This document shows, piece after piece, positions 1-9,421 of a stretch of DNA of 64,000 nucleotides (the stretch's first letter is position 1; each line of letters opens with the position of its first letter). Under the pieces are notes generated by a model. It ran no database searches. It was not told the origin of the DNA and saw only the letters and a list, made by a program, of their open reading frames with translations. The position numbers and the translations under genes are program-made. The DNA lies in assembly GCA_963752045.1 (NCBI GenBank), contig CAVVWN010000005.1, positions 46,607 through 110,606 of the forward strand, written 5' to 3'. The stretch comes from an uncultured Acidobacteriota bacterium. Lineage in GTDB: Bacteria; Acidobacteriota; Vicinamibacteria; Vicinamibacterales; SCN-69-37.

Positions 1-1129
1 CCGAGTATCCGCGCTGGTTGGGCGCGACCGCCCGGTAGCCCGCGCCGCCGAGCGCCTCGAGCTGCAGACGGAACGCATCGGCGGTCTGCGGGAACCCGTG
101 CAGCAGCAGCACCAGCTTCCCGTCCGACGGCCCCGCCGCCAGCGCGTCGAAGACGAAGTCGCCGACGCGAATCTCGGTTGACGTCACGTCGGCACGCGGG
201 GGCAGCGCCGGCACCGGCGCGTCGCCGGGCGGCAGCGGCCCAATCTGACGAAGCACCAGGCGCGCCGGCTCATCGCCGCGCCACACGCCGTCGAGCGTGT
301 CGACGAACACCGACTGCCCGTCGGACGCGGCGGCGATGCCGTTCGGGTAGGCGAGCGTGGCCTGCCCGACCGGCCCGTCGGTCAGTCCGGGCTCGCCGGT
401 TCCAGCCCAGCGCGCGAACGACCCGTTGAGCGTGACGCGCACGACCTCGTGCGACTCGATACGCGACACGTAGAGCGCGCCGGCCGCGTACGCGATGTGC
501 GCGTTGCCTCGGCCGGAGAGCGTGGTCAGCACCGCTACCTCGCCGCCCGCGTCGACGCGAAGCACGTGCGGGTTGTTGAAGTTCACGACGTACAGCGCGC
601 CGTCGGGGCCCCGAGTGATGCCGTTCGGGCACGCGAAGAGCGGTCCGGCTGCCAGCGTGCGCACGACACCGTCGGCCGACACCACCGACAGCGAGTTGCC
701 CTGGCAGTTGCAGACGACCAGTTCGCCGGCCGCGTCGATCGTCAGGCCGACGGGCCCCTCGAGCCCCTCGGCAACAATCGACATGGCGCCGTCAGCATCG
801 AACGCGAGCACACGGCCGCCGACGAAACTGGCCTGCAGAAGCCGCCCCTCTGCGTCGACGGTGTTTCCGGAGCTACCCTGTATCTGGTCGCTCACGAGGA
901 TGGTCCGTCCGTCGGGTCCCACGCGCCAGACGTGCCGGTCGAAGTTCGAGACATGCACCGCACCGTCCGGACCCACGGCCACTCCACCGAGTCGACCGTT
1001 CGAGGTGAGTGGCATCGATGTCGTGATCGTGCGGACCGTGGCCGGCTCCCCGGTCAGGTCGGCGTTCTGAATCGGCTCCGACGTACAGCCTGTCGCCAGC
1101 ACGACGACGAACCCGATGACGATTCGCAT
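1..1129 (-). CDS. Lipoprotein: NHL/SGL-type beta-propeller fused to an alpha/beta-hydrolase domain (3' end runs off the window)
   Basis: Not in the ORF track because it is open to the window edge. My translation of the minus strand from ATG 1129-1127 gives [19 protein letters not shown] (lipobox). Several GPDG..V.N blade-like repeats follow, then [39 protein letters not shown] (HGFP start of an epoxide-hydrolase-like fold). Confidence 0.6.
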   Translation of the reverse strand, partial: MRIVIGFVVVLATGCTSEPIQNADLTGEPATVRTITTSMPLTSNGRLGGVAVGPDGAVHVSNFDRHVWRVGPDGRTILVSDQIQGSSGNTVDAEGRLLQASFVGGRVLAFDADGAMSIVAEGLEGPVGLTIDAAGELVVCNCQGNSLSVVSADGVVRTLAAGPLFACPNGITRGPDGALYVVNFNNPHVLRVDAGGEVAVLTTLSGRGNAHIAYAAGALYVSRIESHEVVRVTLNGSFARWAGTGEPGLTDGPVGQATLAYPNGIAAASDGQSVFVDTLDGVWRGDEPARLVLRQIGPLPPGDAPVPALPPRADVTSTEIRVGDFVFDALAAGPSDGKLVLLLHGFPQTADAFRLQLEALGGAGYRAVAPNQRGYS

Positions 1130-1247
1130 GACGCTATTCTGACGACGCCCAAGGCGTGACGTCCAGGCGATTCGGCGACGCGCGTGAAGTGTTACGCTTT
1201 CGGACACCCAACACGCTGGTGTTCGGCGACGATTTCCGGAGGTCGGT

Positions 1248-1679
1248 ATGAGCCCGGGTTCGATGAGTGACGACACGACTCGACGTCTGGTGCGTGCGGG
1301 CGTGACGCTCTGCGCGTTGAGCATGGCCGCCGTCGGATTGGCACTGCTGTTTGCGCCCGACGAAGCGGGCCGCGCGCTCGTCGGGCGCGAGCTTGGCGCT
1401 CCGCTGGGTCAGCTTCTTGGCGCAGCCCTGCTCGGATCCGCAGCCATGAACTGGACGGCGCGCGGGTCGGTGCTCGGAGGCATCTACGGCCGGGCCATCG
1501 TCGCGGGCAATCAGGCCCACCTGACCATTGGTGCGCTCGTACTGGTGAAGCACGGGCTCGAGGCCGGCGGCTCAGTCGCCTACTGGGTCCTGACCGGCGT
1601 CTACCTGCTGGGCGCGGGTCTGTTCACGTATCTGACCTTCTTCAGTTCTGGAATACAGGGCCGGCCCGCTCAGGGCTGA
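1248..1679 (+). CDS. Hypothetical small integral membrane protein (about 4 TM helices)
   Basis: 143-aa ORF with hydrophobic stretches [39 protein letters not shown] and [20 protein letters not shown]. No family recognised. Confidence 0.45.
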   Translation: MSPGSMSDDTTRRLVRAGVTLCALSMAAVGLALLFAPDEAGRALVGRELGAPLGQLLGAALLGSAAMNWTARGSVLGGIYGRAIVAGNQAHLTIGALVLVKHGLEAGGSVAYWVLTGVYLLGAGLFTYLTFFSSGIQGRPAQG

Positions 1680-2419
1680 GCGGCGCGAGTTCGTGCTTCT
1701 TGTCGGCGGTCGACGAACTGTCCGCGAAGACAGCGAAGTCACGTGACGAGGCTCCCACCTGCCCGTTCGAGTAGTACCCCACGCTCCGGCATCCAATCGC
1801 CCCATCGTCCCGCTGATGCTGCCAGATGATCCAGACGCCGCCTTTGTTCAGGCTGACGACGGTGTCGAATGCCGCTTCGAGCGTGAGCGCCCGGTGCATG
1901 GCGAGCTCGAGCGAGGGGAGCGGTGAGGCGGGCTGCGCGATGGCGTCGCCGCCCAGCATCGAAATCTGTCCTCCCGGCACCGGCGGCGGGTCGCCGCTCG
2001 CCAGCCACGCCAGCATCACGAGCAGACGCGGCATGTCGCTGACCAGGCGTGCCGGCTCGAGCGTCAACCTGCGTGCGATTCGGCCGCACTCGAGATTCCG
2101 CCGCTTCGATTCCGACCACGCCCGACCGCCAGGTGACGGAGTAGTCGGGATGGTGGGCGGTGAGCGCAGTCAAGATGGTGTCGAGCGGCGTCGCTCGCTC
2201 GGCTGTGGCCGCGATGGCGACCGGATTCACCTGACTTGGATTCTCGGTTGTGACCAGCCCGGCGGGGACGCCGAGGGGGGCAAGCGCGAGCGCCAGCGCG
2301 AGCGGACCGCGGTCGGCGGCAGCCATCAGCGCCTCGGGTACGCGAGTATCGGCCTGCCGCCGGGGCGCCAAGCCCGCAAGCATGCCGGCGCAGAGCAACA
2401 CGGCCAGGAACCCGCGCAT
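1642..2419 (-). CDS. Hypothetical secreted protein read in two overlapping frames (possible frameshift near 2075, or two overlapping genes)
   Basis: ORF 1739..2419 begins with the signal peptide MRGFLAVLLCAGMLAGLA. It turns into Arg/Ala junk after about 2075. Sensible sequence continues in the frame of ORF 1642..2067 (ARRLTLEPARLVSDMPRLLVMLAWLASG...GVWIIWQHQRDDG). The frame change has the sign of a 1-nt insertion. Confidence 0.3.
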
Positions 2420-2472
2420 GTGTTGACTTAGACACCGACCCGCGTCGGGCGGCGCCTGCGCGGCGGCCGACG

Positions 2473-2768
2473 TCAGAGCAACGCGGCCATGGCGACAGAG
2501 AACGAGCGCAGGTCCTCGACGTCTGCCTCGAGTACGTCGAAGACGCGGTCGTAGTCGACCTGCCAGTACACATGCACCAGAAGGTTGCGGAACCGCGCCA
2601 TTCGCTGGAGGCGCTCGGAGAGTGCCTCGGGGACGAGACCAGCACCGGCGAGGCCGGCGAAGCAGCCCGCGTAATCTTCAGGCACCCGCTTCAGATGGCG
2701 CCCAGGCGATCGAGTGCCTGCGCGATTTCAGCGCAGCGCCCGCGCACGACGTCAGCATCGAGGGTCAC
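2473..2768 (-). pseudogene. HepT/DUF86 HEPN-type toxin, apparently frameshifted and internally shortened
   Basis: The C-terminal 70 aa carry the HEPN Rx4H motif (MARFRNLLVHVYW). A 25-aa N-terminal piece, VTLDADVVRGRCAEIAQALDRLGAI, starts at GTG 2768-2766, overlapping the MNT stop (GTGA), and terminates at TGA 2693-2691. The whole locus has only about 98 codons. The helix that normally lies between these two parts in DUF86 proteins is absent. Confidence 0.6.
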
Positions 2769-3175
2769 CCGGCAAACGCCTCGCGGGTCGCCCGCCGGAG
2801 CAGGGGGGCGCGGTCGTGATACTCGCGCGCGGTGCGCTCCATCAGGTCTGCAAGGCATATTTCGTCGCGGACCGCCACCGGTCGGCCGCGCAACGCGTGA
2901 AACAGGAACGGCACCGGTGCGTCGTTGAGCCGGCGGACATCAACCGGCAGGCCCAGGGCGTCGGACAACGATGCGCCGAGGTCGAGGTCGACGCGACCGC
3001 CCGAAGGGCCGGTCGTCCAGACGCCGACATCGACGTCTCGAAAGCCCTCGCCGTCCAGAAACGACCCGAAGATCGCGCCGAACACCACGTCGGGCCGCTC
3101 GGCCAGAACCCGCTCGATTCTGGCGATCACCTGTTCCCGGGCCGCGGCGTCCAGCCGGTGGATCGTGGACATCAC
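2765..3175 (-). CDS. MNT-type nucleotidyltransferase (antitoxin partner of HepT)
   Basis: 136-aa ORF with the minimal NTase signature FGSFLDGEGFRDVDVGVW (GS...D.D). It lies immediately upstream of the HEPN gene, with a 4-nt overlap. Confidence 0.8.
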   Translation of the reverse strand: MMSTIHRLDAAAREQVIARIERVLAERPDVVFGAIFGSFLDGEGFRDVDVGVWTTGPSGGRVDLDLGASLSDALGLPVDVRRLNDAPVPFLFHALRGRPVAVRDEICLADLMERTAREYHDRAPLLRRATREAFAG

Positions 3176-3304
3176 CGCGATTGTACCCTCGGGACGCTGA
3201 CCCCAACGGCGTGACCGTCACCACGCGCTCACGTGCCGCGCTGCGGCTCTGGCCATCGGCACCTGGCGTATTGCACATGAAAATTATGAAGAGTAGTATT
3301 TCAG

Positions 3305-3679
3305 ATGATGTCACCTCTCGTCCTTCAGGACCCGGCGCCGGACGCCGTGCTCGCCAAGGCCGTGCTGTCGGCCGCGTCGAGGCTGGACGTGCGGCAGCGG
3401 GAGCTTGCTGAGGTCATCGGCTCGAGCGAGGCGTCGATTTCGCGGCTCGCGCGCGGACGCGGCATCGATCCCGTCAGCAAGGAAGGCGAGCTGGCGCTGC
3501 TGTTCCTTCGCGTCTATCGCAGTCTCGACGCGCTGGTCGGTGGTGACGATGGTCGGGCTCGTACGTGGTTGCACGCCGAGAATGCGCACCTCGGCGGGGT
3601 GCCGGTCGAGCGCCTGAAGAGCGTGCAGGGGCTGGTGGATGTCGTCGAGTATCTGGACGGCATGCGCGGGCGCATCTAG
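3305..3679 (+). CDS. Xre-like antitoxin with DUF2384 (MbcA/ParS-type) toxin-binding domain
   Basis: 124-aa ORF with an HTH-like ELAEVIGSSEASISRLARG and the C-terminal W...LGG.P..L....G...V..L..M pattern typical of partners of RES toxins. An AT-rich promoter-like tract lies at 3240-3304. Confidence 0.7.
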   Translation: MMSPLVLQDPAPDAVLAKAVLSAASRLDVRQRELAEVIGSSEASISRLARGRGIDPVSKEGELALLFLRVYRSLDALVGGDDGRARTWLHAENAHLGGVPVERLKSVQGLVDVVEYLDGMRGRI

Positions 3680-4394
3680 GCTGCGCCCGCTTCGACTCTC
3701 GCCCTGGCGGGCGGTCGAGGCGCAGCACCTCGTGTCGACGCGCAAGCTCGTCGACTCGGTTGAGGAACAGGCGGTCCTCGAGGAGCTGATCGAGGCGTCA
3801 AAGCCTCCGCAGAGAGCCGCAGACCACCAGCACGTCCTCCTCTCGACGCCGTTCCGGTATCCACCCCTTGCGCACGGCTCGCGTTTCGGCGGCCGGTTCG
3901 AGCCCGGTCTCTGGTACGGCTCCGAGGATCAGCGCGCGCTCTTCGCCGAGGTCGCCTACTACCGCCTGCTCTTTCTCGAGGGCACCGCCGCGGACCTCGG
4001 TACGGTGACGACCTGGCACACGGCGTTCACCGTGCGCCTCAGCACCGGGCGCGGCGTCGATCTGGTGGAATCACCCTTCGCCGCGCACCGGGATGCCATC
4101 GCTTCGCCGACGAGCTACATGAGGAGCCAGGCGCTTGGGCGGGCCATGCGCGAGGATGGCGTCGAAGCCTTCCGATACCCGTCAGCCCGGGATCGTCAGG
4201 GCGGGGTGAACATCGGCGTCTTCACCCCTTCGGTCTTTGGCGCCGCGCGACCGCGTCGTCTGCAGACCTGGCATGCGACGTCGACGCGCGCGGCTGTCGA
4301 GCTCGTGCGGCACGACTACACGGGCGCGGCGACGTTCATTTTCCGACGTGACGAGTTCGTCGTGGACGGGCGGCTGCCGTCTCCCGCGATCTGA
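3639..4394 (+). CDS. RES-domain toxin (MbcT/ParT-like)
   Basis: The R-E-S signature is spread over GSRFGGRFEPGLWYGS, ALFAEVAYY and YPSARDRQGGVNIGVF. It overlaps the end of the Xre gene; an alternative start at CTG 3681 is possible. Confidence 0.8.
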   Translation: MSSSIWTACAGASRLRPLRLSPWRAVEAQHLVSTRKLVDSVEEQAVLEELIEASKPPQRAADHQHVLLSTPFRYPPLAHGSRFGGRFEPGLWYGSEDQRALFAEVAYYRLLFLEGTAADLGTVTTWHTAFTVRLSTGRGVDLVESPFAAHRDAIASPTSYMRSQALGRAMREDGVEAFRYPSARDRQGGVNIGVFTPSVFGAARPRRLQTWHATSTRAAVELVRHDYTGAATFIFRRDEFVVDGRLPSPAI

Positions 4395-4425
4395 CGGCCG
4401 GGCGGCCGCCCGGCAGACGCGGCGA

Positions 4426-4701
4426 TCAGCCGCCCCCGACCTTTCGCGGCGTTCGGGTGCGGGGGACGAAGCCGCGTGATGTCCGCGCCTTCCAGGGCTG
4501 TTCTGTCTGGGGCTTCGGTGCCCGCGCCGGGGTCGTTGGAGCGGGTTCCGGCGGCGCGGCCGCCGCCTCGGCAGCGGCCTTGGCGCGGGCTTCGGCAGCG
4601 GCCGCCTCGTCCTTCGCGAGGCAACACTGCTTGTACTTGCGGCCCGAGCCGCAGTGGCAGGGCTCGTTGCGGCCGGGGAGCGTTCGGGTCGGGTCAGTCA
4701 T
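4426..4701 (-). CDS. Small SEC-C motif protein
   Basis: The N-terminal NEPCHCGSGRKYKQCC is the SecA C-terminal type zinc motif. The rest is an Ala/Pro-rich disordered tail. Confidence 0.65.
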   Translation of the reverse strand: MTDPTRTLPGRNEPCHCGSGRKYKQCCLAKDEAAAAEARAKAAAEAAAAPPEPAPTTPARAPKPQTEQPWKARTSRGFVPRTRTPRKVGGG

Positions 4702-4740
4702 CGAAGACAGTGTACCGTGAGGCCGTCCCGCCCGCGCGTC

Positions 4741-5208
4741 CTACCGGGTGGACTGCCGGCGAAGTCCCTCGGTGACGACGGAGATACGGAGGCCCGCGCC
4801 GGTCGCTTCGTCGATGATCGCGATGATGTCGCCGTAACGGGCGGTTGCCGGGCCCATGATGAACACGGTCCGGTCGGTGCGGCCCGCGAACAGCCCGGTG
4901 AGCTTCTCGCGAAGCGCCGACAGTTCCACGGGTTCCTGGTTCACGGTGAGCTCGAGGCTCTCGGACAGTTCCACCACGATCTGGGTCGTCGGGGGCGGCG
5001 TGCTCGTCGTCCTCGACTCGAGCGGCAGGTTGATGTCCATGCCCTTCTGGGTGAGCGGCAGGGCGGCCATGAAGATGATGAGCAGCACGAGCAGCACGTC
5101 GATGAGCGGCGTGACGTTCATGTCCGACGATGGCGGGGCAAGCTCACGCCTGACCCGCAATTCGTCGTCTTCATCGTGCTTGTCGTGGTGCCGATGTTCC
5201 TTGACCAT
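4741..5208 (-). CDS. exbD: ExbD/TolR biopolymer transport protein (orphan; no exbB/tonB adjacent)
   Basis: MNVTPLIDVLLVLLIIFMAALPL single TM followed by a periplasmic domain (LELTVNQEPVELSAL...RTVFIMGPATARYGDII). This is the typical ExbD layout. Confidence 0.8.
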   Translation of the reverse strand: MVKEHRHHDKHDEDDELRVRRELAPPSSDMNVTPLIDVLLVLLIIFMAALPLTQKGMDINLPLESRTTSTPPPTTQIVVELSESLELTVNQEPVELSALREKLTGLFAGRTDRTVFIMGPATARYGDIIAIIDEATGAGLRISVVTEGLRRQSTR

Positions 5209-5333
5209 GGGGTCCAGCCATCATAGCGCAGGGGCCGCCGTTGACACCGCGCGGCCGGATTCGGAAGCTACAATCGGCCAGCCCTGAACCGCGGAGGTTC
5301 GGTTGTGCCGTCCACGCCCCGCAAGGAGGTCCG

Positions 5334-6344
5334 ATGATGACGCGATTGTTCTGGCTCGCCGCGGCGGCCGCGTTTGCCTGCGCGGCGGTCGGGGTAACGG
5401 CCGCCGAGCAGCCTGGCCCCCAGGCGAACCCGCTGTGGCACGAACAGAAGATCAGGAACTACCTCCCCCACATGACCTGGCCGGAGGTGGCCGACCTGCT
5501 GACCCGGTCCGACATCGTGCTGATTCCCGTGGCTTCGATCGAGCAGCACGGTCTGCACGCGCCCATGGGCAACGACTTCTATCTCGGGATCGAAACCTCG
5601 AAGCTCATCGCCCAGCGCACCGACGTGCTCGTGGCGCCGCTCCTGATGGTGGGGCAGTCGCCGTACCACACGGGGTTCCCCGGGTCGGTGACACTCTCGG
5701 GCGAGACAATCCAGCGCGTGTACTTCGAGGCCGCGCAGAGTTTCATCCAGCAGGGCTTCCGGCGCTTCATCTTCTACAACAGCCACACCGGCAACACGGC
5801 GATCACCAACTTCGTCGTCGATCGCATCAATCAGGAAACCGAGGCTGTGGCCGTCGAGCTCGGCGAGGGCGTCAGTGCCATGCGGTCGTCCGGCGGCGGC
5901 CGAGGCGCAGGTGGCGGAGCGCGCGGACTGGGCGGAGCGGCAGCCGGCGCCGGCGAGGGTCAGGCGCCGGAGCGAGCCTTCGACCGACACGGCGGCGTGG
6001 GGGAAACCGCGCGCGGCCTGTACCTGTTCCCGACCCTCGTCGACATTTCGAAGGCCGAGACCGCCACACTCACGTTTCCGCCGAGACTCGAAGCGCTTCT
6101 CCCGCTCGTCAAGGCAGGCGATCCGGTGGCGACGCTGATCTTCCTGAAGGAAGCCTTGAAGCACGAGGCCACCGGGAAGGGATCGTCGGCGGCCGAGATG
6201 TCGTCCACCGGCAGCTGGAGCGAGCGCAACCCGGCCGAGGCCACGGCCGAAGCGGGGCGGCGCCAGACCGAGTCGTTCGTCGACGCGGCAGTCGCGTTCA
6301 TCGACCGCTGGAAGCAACTGCAGTCCACAGGCCCGGGCCGGTAG
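5334..6344 (+). CDS. Creatininase-family amidohydrolase with signal peptide and a Gly/Arg-rich insert
   Basis: AAGGAGG at 5323-5329 precedes ATG 5334, which opens MMTRLFWLAAAAAFACAAVGVTAAEQ. The creatininase motif is PVASIEQHGLHAPMGNDFY. A low-complexity SSGGGRGAGGGARGLGGAAAGAGEGQ lies at 5886-5963. Confidence 0.7.
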   Translation: MMTRLFWLAAAAAFACAAVGVTAAEQPGPQANPLWHEQKIRNYLPHMTWPEVADLLTRSDIVLIPVASIEQHGLHAPMGNDFYLGIETSKLIAQRTDVLVAPLLMVGQSPYHTGFPGSVTLSGETIQRVYFEAAQSFIQQGFRRFIFYNSHTGNTAITNFVVDRINQETEAVAVELGEGVSAMRSSGGGRGAGGGARGLGGAAAGAGEGQAPERAFDRHGGVGETARGLYLFPTLVDISKAETATLTFPPRLEALLPLVKAGDPVATLIFLKEALKHEATGKGSSAAEMSSTGSWSERNPAEATAEAGRRQTESFVDAAVAFIDRWKQLQSTGPGR

Positions 6345-6346
6345 GC

Positions 6347-6970
6347 GTGCCTGCCGTGCCCGAGTCCCTCGATCTGGTGTCGGCGTTCGGGTCGATCGAC
6401 ATCTATCTGTTCGATCAGTTGCTTCGTCGCCGGATCGCGCCCGGCATGCGCGTATTCGACGCCGGGTGCGGGCACGGACGCAACCTCGTCCATCTGCTGC
6501 AGGCCGGCTACGACGTGTGCGCCGTCGACACGGATCCTGCCGCGATCGAGGCGGTGCGACGGCTGGCCGCGTCACTTGCGCCGTCGCTCTCGCCCGACAA
6601 CTTCCGCGCCGAGCGGCTCGACGCGCACAGCTTCGCCGACGGTTCGGCCGACGTCGTCATCAGCAGTGCCGTGCTGCACTTCGCGCGCGACGACGACGAG
6701 TTCGGCGCGATGCTCCTCGGAAGCTGGCGCGTCCTGGCACCGGGCGGCCTGTTCTTCTGTCGGCTGGCTTCGTCGATTGGCATTGAAGGCGAAGTTCGCC
6801 GGATCTCCGGGCGCCGTTACGCGCTCCCCGACGGATCCGAGCGTTACCTCGTCGATGAGGACCTGCTGCTCTCGTGGACGAGGCGGCTGGGCGGACAGCT
6901 GGCCGACCCGATCAAGACGACCGTAGTCCAGCACCAGCGCGCGATGACGACGTGGGCACTAATTCACTAA
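6347..6970 (+). CDS. Class I SAM-dependent methyltransferase
   Basis: This is the tail of ORF 5303..6970. GTG 6347 lies 3 nt after the upstream stop. Motif I is RVFDAGCGHGRNLVHL, followed by DVVISSAVLHF and LAPGGLFF. Confidence 0.7.
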   Translation: MPAVPESLDLVSAFGSIDIYLFDQLLRRRIAPGMRVFDAGCGHGRNLVHLLQAGYDVCAVDTDPAAIEAVRRLAASLAPSLSPDNFRAERLDAHSFADGSADVVISSAVLHFARDDDEFGAMLLGSWRVLAPGGLFFCRLASSIGIEGEVRRISGRRYALPDGSERYLVDEDLLLSWTRRLGGQLADPIKTTVVQHQRAMTTWALIH

Positions 6971-7000
6971 TTCACTAATTCACTAATTCGCCAATTCGCC
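6957..7000. repeat. AT-rich 8-bp microsatellite: (CACTAATT)x4 + CGCCAATT + CGCC
   Basis: Read directly. Four perfect units lie at 6957-6988, followed by one degenerate unit. The array spans the stop codon (TAA 6968-6970) of the upstream methyltransferase and ends at the stop of the convergent gene (7000-7002). Confidence 0.9.
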
Positions 7001-7698
7001 TACCGGCTCTGGCCCAGAATCAGCCGGTTCTTCGGCGTGATCGCGGCCGGGATTCGCTGGGTCCTCACGTCGTAGCCGTGTTCCCGGAGCCGAATCGCGC
7101 GCACGACGTCGATGGCGAGCGGCGGGTCGAGCCATCCCGACAGGCCGCCCGTGTCACACGTGTCGACGTCGTGGCAGCAGGGCAGCACGGCAACACGCGC
7201 GCGCGCGGCGGCGGCGCGTTCCAGGATTCGGTCCGTGAGCGCCCCGCATGCGTGGCACGACACGACGACGTCGCCTTTCTCCAGGGGAACATCGTCCACC
7301 CCGCCTGACACGAATGAGACGCGGCCGGAGAGGCGCGGCCAGGCCGCGACGAGCACGTCGTGAACCCGGGCCGCCGACGGGGGGTGGACCTCGTCGACGG
7401 CGAGCGCCTCGGGCGAGGAGTCGTCGAGGAGCAGCATCACGTGGGCCAGCAGACCGTGGCCCGCGCAGAGGTCCATCACGCGGCCACCGCGGAAGAGACG
7501 CCGCGCGCGCCGCGCGACCTCCCAGGCCTCGTAAAGCTCCTTGCGGGGCAGGCAGCCGGCCTCGCAGGCCGCGCGGCCGATCCGGTCGAAGAGCGAGCCG
7601 CCCGGAAAGCGCCCGAGGTCGTGCCGGGTGAGGCGACCGCGTGAGCCTCGAGAGAAGGTGCGACGAGTGACGTCGTGCGGCATCGCCGCCGCGATCAT
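7000..7698 (-). CDS. Putative SAM-dependent methyltransferase-like protein
   Basis: 232-aa ORF with VMDLCAGHGLLAHVML (motif I-like) and VVSCHACGALTD...VLPCCHD. The family is not firmly recognised. Confidence 0.5.
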   Translation of the reverse strand: MIAAAMPHDVTRRTFSRGSRGRLTRHDLGRFPGGSLFDRIGRAACEAGCLPRKELYEAWEVARRARRLFRGGRVMDLCAGHGLLAHVMLLLDDSSPEALAVDEVHPPSAARVHDVLVAAWPRLSGRVSFVSGGVDDVPLEKGDVVVSCHACGALTDRILERAAAARARVAVLPCCHDVDTCDTGGLSGWLDPPLAIDVVRAIRLREHGYDVRTQRIPAAITPKNRLILGQSR

Positions 7699-7727
7699 AC
7701 GGTGTAGTATCCGGATTCACACGTCCC

Positions 7728-9128
7728 ATGCCGTCGCCCGCACCCGGCCCTCGCGCCACGCACGTCAATCCCATCGTCGTCCTGCTGGGCATCCTGCTGC
7801 TGGCCACGGCGCTCACGTATCTGGTGGACTCGGGACGCTACGAGCGCGACGGCCGGCTGGTCGTGCCCGGCACGTACCAGACCCTCGAGAAGGATCGCTC
7901 GCTCGTCAACCTGTTCCGTCTGACGCCGGCCGAGGCCGGCGACCTCGTGCGGCCGGTCAGCTTCGCCGGCACGGCCCTCGCGATTCCTGCCGGTCTCGAA
8001 CGGATGGCTTCGCTCATCTTCATGGTGCTCATCATCGGCGGCATGTTCGGGATCGTGACGCACACGGGCGCGATTGACGCCGGCCTCGAGAAGCTCCTGG
8101 CGAGCGCGCGCGGCAACGTCTATGTGCTCGTGCCGGCGCTGATGACGGCGTTCGCGGCGGGCAGCACGTTCCTCGGCCTGGCGTCCGAGTACCTGCTCAT
8201 CATCCCGGTGATGGTCGTCATGGCGCGGCGGCTCGGCCTGTCGAGTGTCGTCGGGCTGGCCATCGTCACGGTGCCGGTCAAGGCGGGGTACCTCTCGTCG
8301 GTGACCAATCCGATTCCGCTCACCATCGCGCAGCCGCTCGTCGGCCTGCCGGTGTTCAGCGGCGCCGGCCTTCGGCTGGCCTTCTTCGCCGCCTTCCTCG
8401 TCGTCAGTATCGCGTTCGTGCTCGTGATGATCCGCCGCGAGGGATTCGACCCGGCGGCCGAGCCGCCCGTGTTCGACCATCGGGAGCTCTCGCGACGCCA
8501 CACGTTCGTGCTCGCCGTCCTCACGGCCGGTATCGCGCTGCTCGTCGTGGCGTCGAGCTCCTGGGGCTGGGAGAACGCGCAGCTCTCGGCGTACTACATC
8601 GCGCTCAGCATCGCCGTTGCCGCGGCCGGTCGGCTCGGCCCGAGTGAAGCCGCCGAGGCGTTCGTCGGCGGCATGAAGAAGATCCTGATGGCCAGCATGC
8701 TCATCGGCGTGGCGTCGGCCGTGGCAGTCGTGCTCGAACGGGGCCTGATCCTCGACTCGATCGTGCATTCCCTGACGGCGCTCATCGGCGGCGGCGGCGC
8801 GTTTCTCTCGGCCACGGGCATGTTCGTGGCGCAGCTCGTTCTCGACTTCCTGATTCCGTCGACGTCAGGGCAGGCCGCCGTGAGCATGCCCATCATGGGG
8901 CCGCTCGGCCAGCTCACCGGTGTGTCGGCCCAGATGACGGTGACGGCGTTTCTCTTCGGCAACGGCATCACGAACCTGCTGACACCGACCTCGGGCACAC
9001 TTCTCGCCTACCTTGCCACCGCCGAAGTGGGCTGGACCGAGTGGGCGCGGTTCGTCTTCCGCTTGTGGCTCATCTACATCGCGTTGGCCATCGTGCTCAT
9101 CGGCGTGGCCATCGGCCTGGGTTTCTGA
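7728..9128 (+). CDS. YfcC / DcuC-like (C4-dicarboxylate anaerobic carrier family) membrane transporter
   Basis: 466-aa polytopic membrane protein. The N-terminus NPIVVLLGILLLATALTYLVDSGRYERDG is typical of YfcC-family proteins. Confidence 0.6.
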   Translation: MPSPAPGPRATHVNPIVVLLGILLLATALTYLVDSGRYERDGRLVVPGTYQTLEKDRSLVNLFRLTPAEAGDLVRPVSFAGTALAIPAGLERMASLIFMVLIIGGMFGIVTHTGAIDAGLEKLLASARGNVYVLVPALMTAFAAGSTFLGLASEYLLIIPVMVVMARRLGLSSVVGLAIVTVPVKAGYLSSVTNPIPLTIAQPLVGLPVFSGAGLRLAFFAAFLVVSIAFVLVMIRREGFDPAAEPPVFDHRELSRRHTFVLAVLTAGIALLVVASSSWGWENAQLSAYYIALSIAVAAAGRLGPSEAAEAFVGGMKKILMASMLIGVASAVAVVLERGLILDSIVHSLTALIGGGGAFLSATGMFVAQLVLDFLIPSTSGQAAVSMPIMGPLGQLTGVSAQMTVTAFLFGNGITNLLTPTSGTLLAYLATAEVGWTEWARFVFRLWLIYIALAIVLIGVAIGLGF

Positions 9129-9220
9129 GCGCGCCGAAACGCCCGCGAGCATCGGCGCAGGATGAAAAGCGCTGGACCTCGCTGCTGCATGGATCAATCA
9201 TGAACGTTCAGGAGGAACGA

Positions 9221-9421
9221 ATGGCCATCCACAAGGTGATCGAGGTGATTTCGCAGTCTGACAAGAGCTGGGAAGACGCAGCGCAGGCTGCCGTGACCGA
9301 TGCAGCCAAGACCGTCAAGGGCATCAAGTCGATTTACATCGAGAATTTCGAAGCGGTCGTGTCGAAGAACAAGATCACGCAGTACCGCGTGAACGGCAAG
9401 ATCACGTTCGAAGTGAGCTAG
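9221..9421 (+). CDS. Dodecin-family small flavin-binding protein
   Basis: GGAGG at 9211-9215 precedes ATG 9221. The 66-aa product is MAIHKVIEVISQSDKSWEDAAQAAVTDAAKTVKGIKSIYIENFEAVV..ITQYRVNGKITFEV, which matches the dodecin pattern. Confidence 0.7.
   Translation: MAIHKVIEVISQSDKSWEDAAQAAVTDAAKTVKGIKSIYIENFEAVVSKNKITQYRVNGKITFEVS

Noticed and set aside
6957-7000. The 8-bp microsatellite as a phase-variation switch for the upstream methyltransferase.
   Set aside because: - The stop codon TAA already falls inside the second repeat unit.
- Gain or loss of downstream units would therefore not change the protein.
- Only loss of the first units could, so a translational on/off switch is unlikely.
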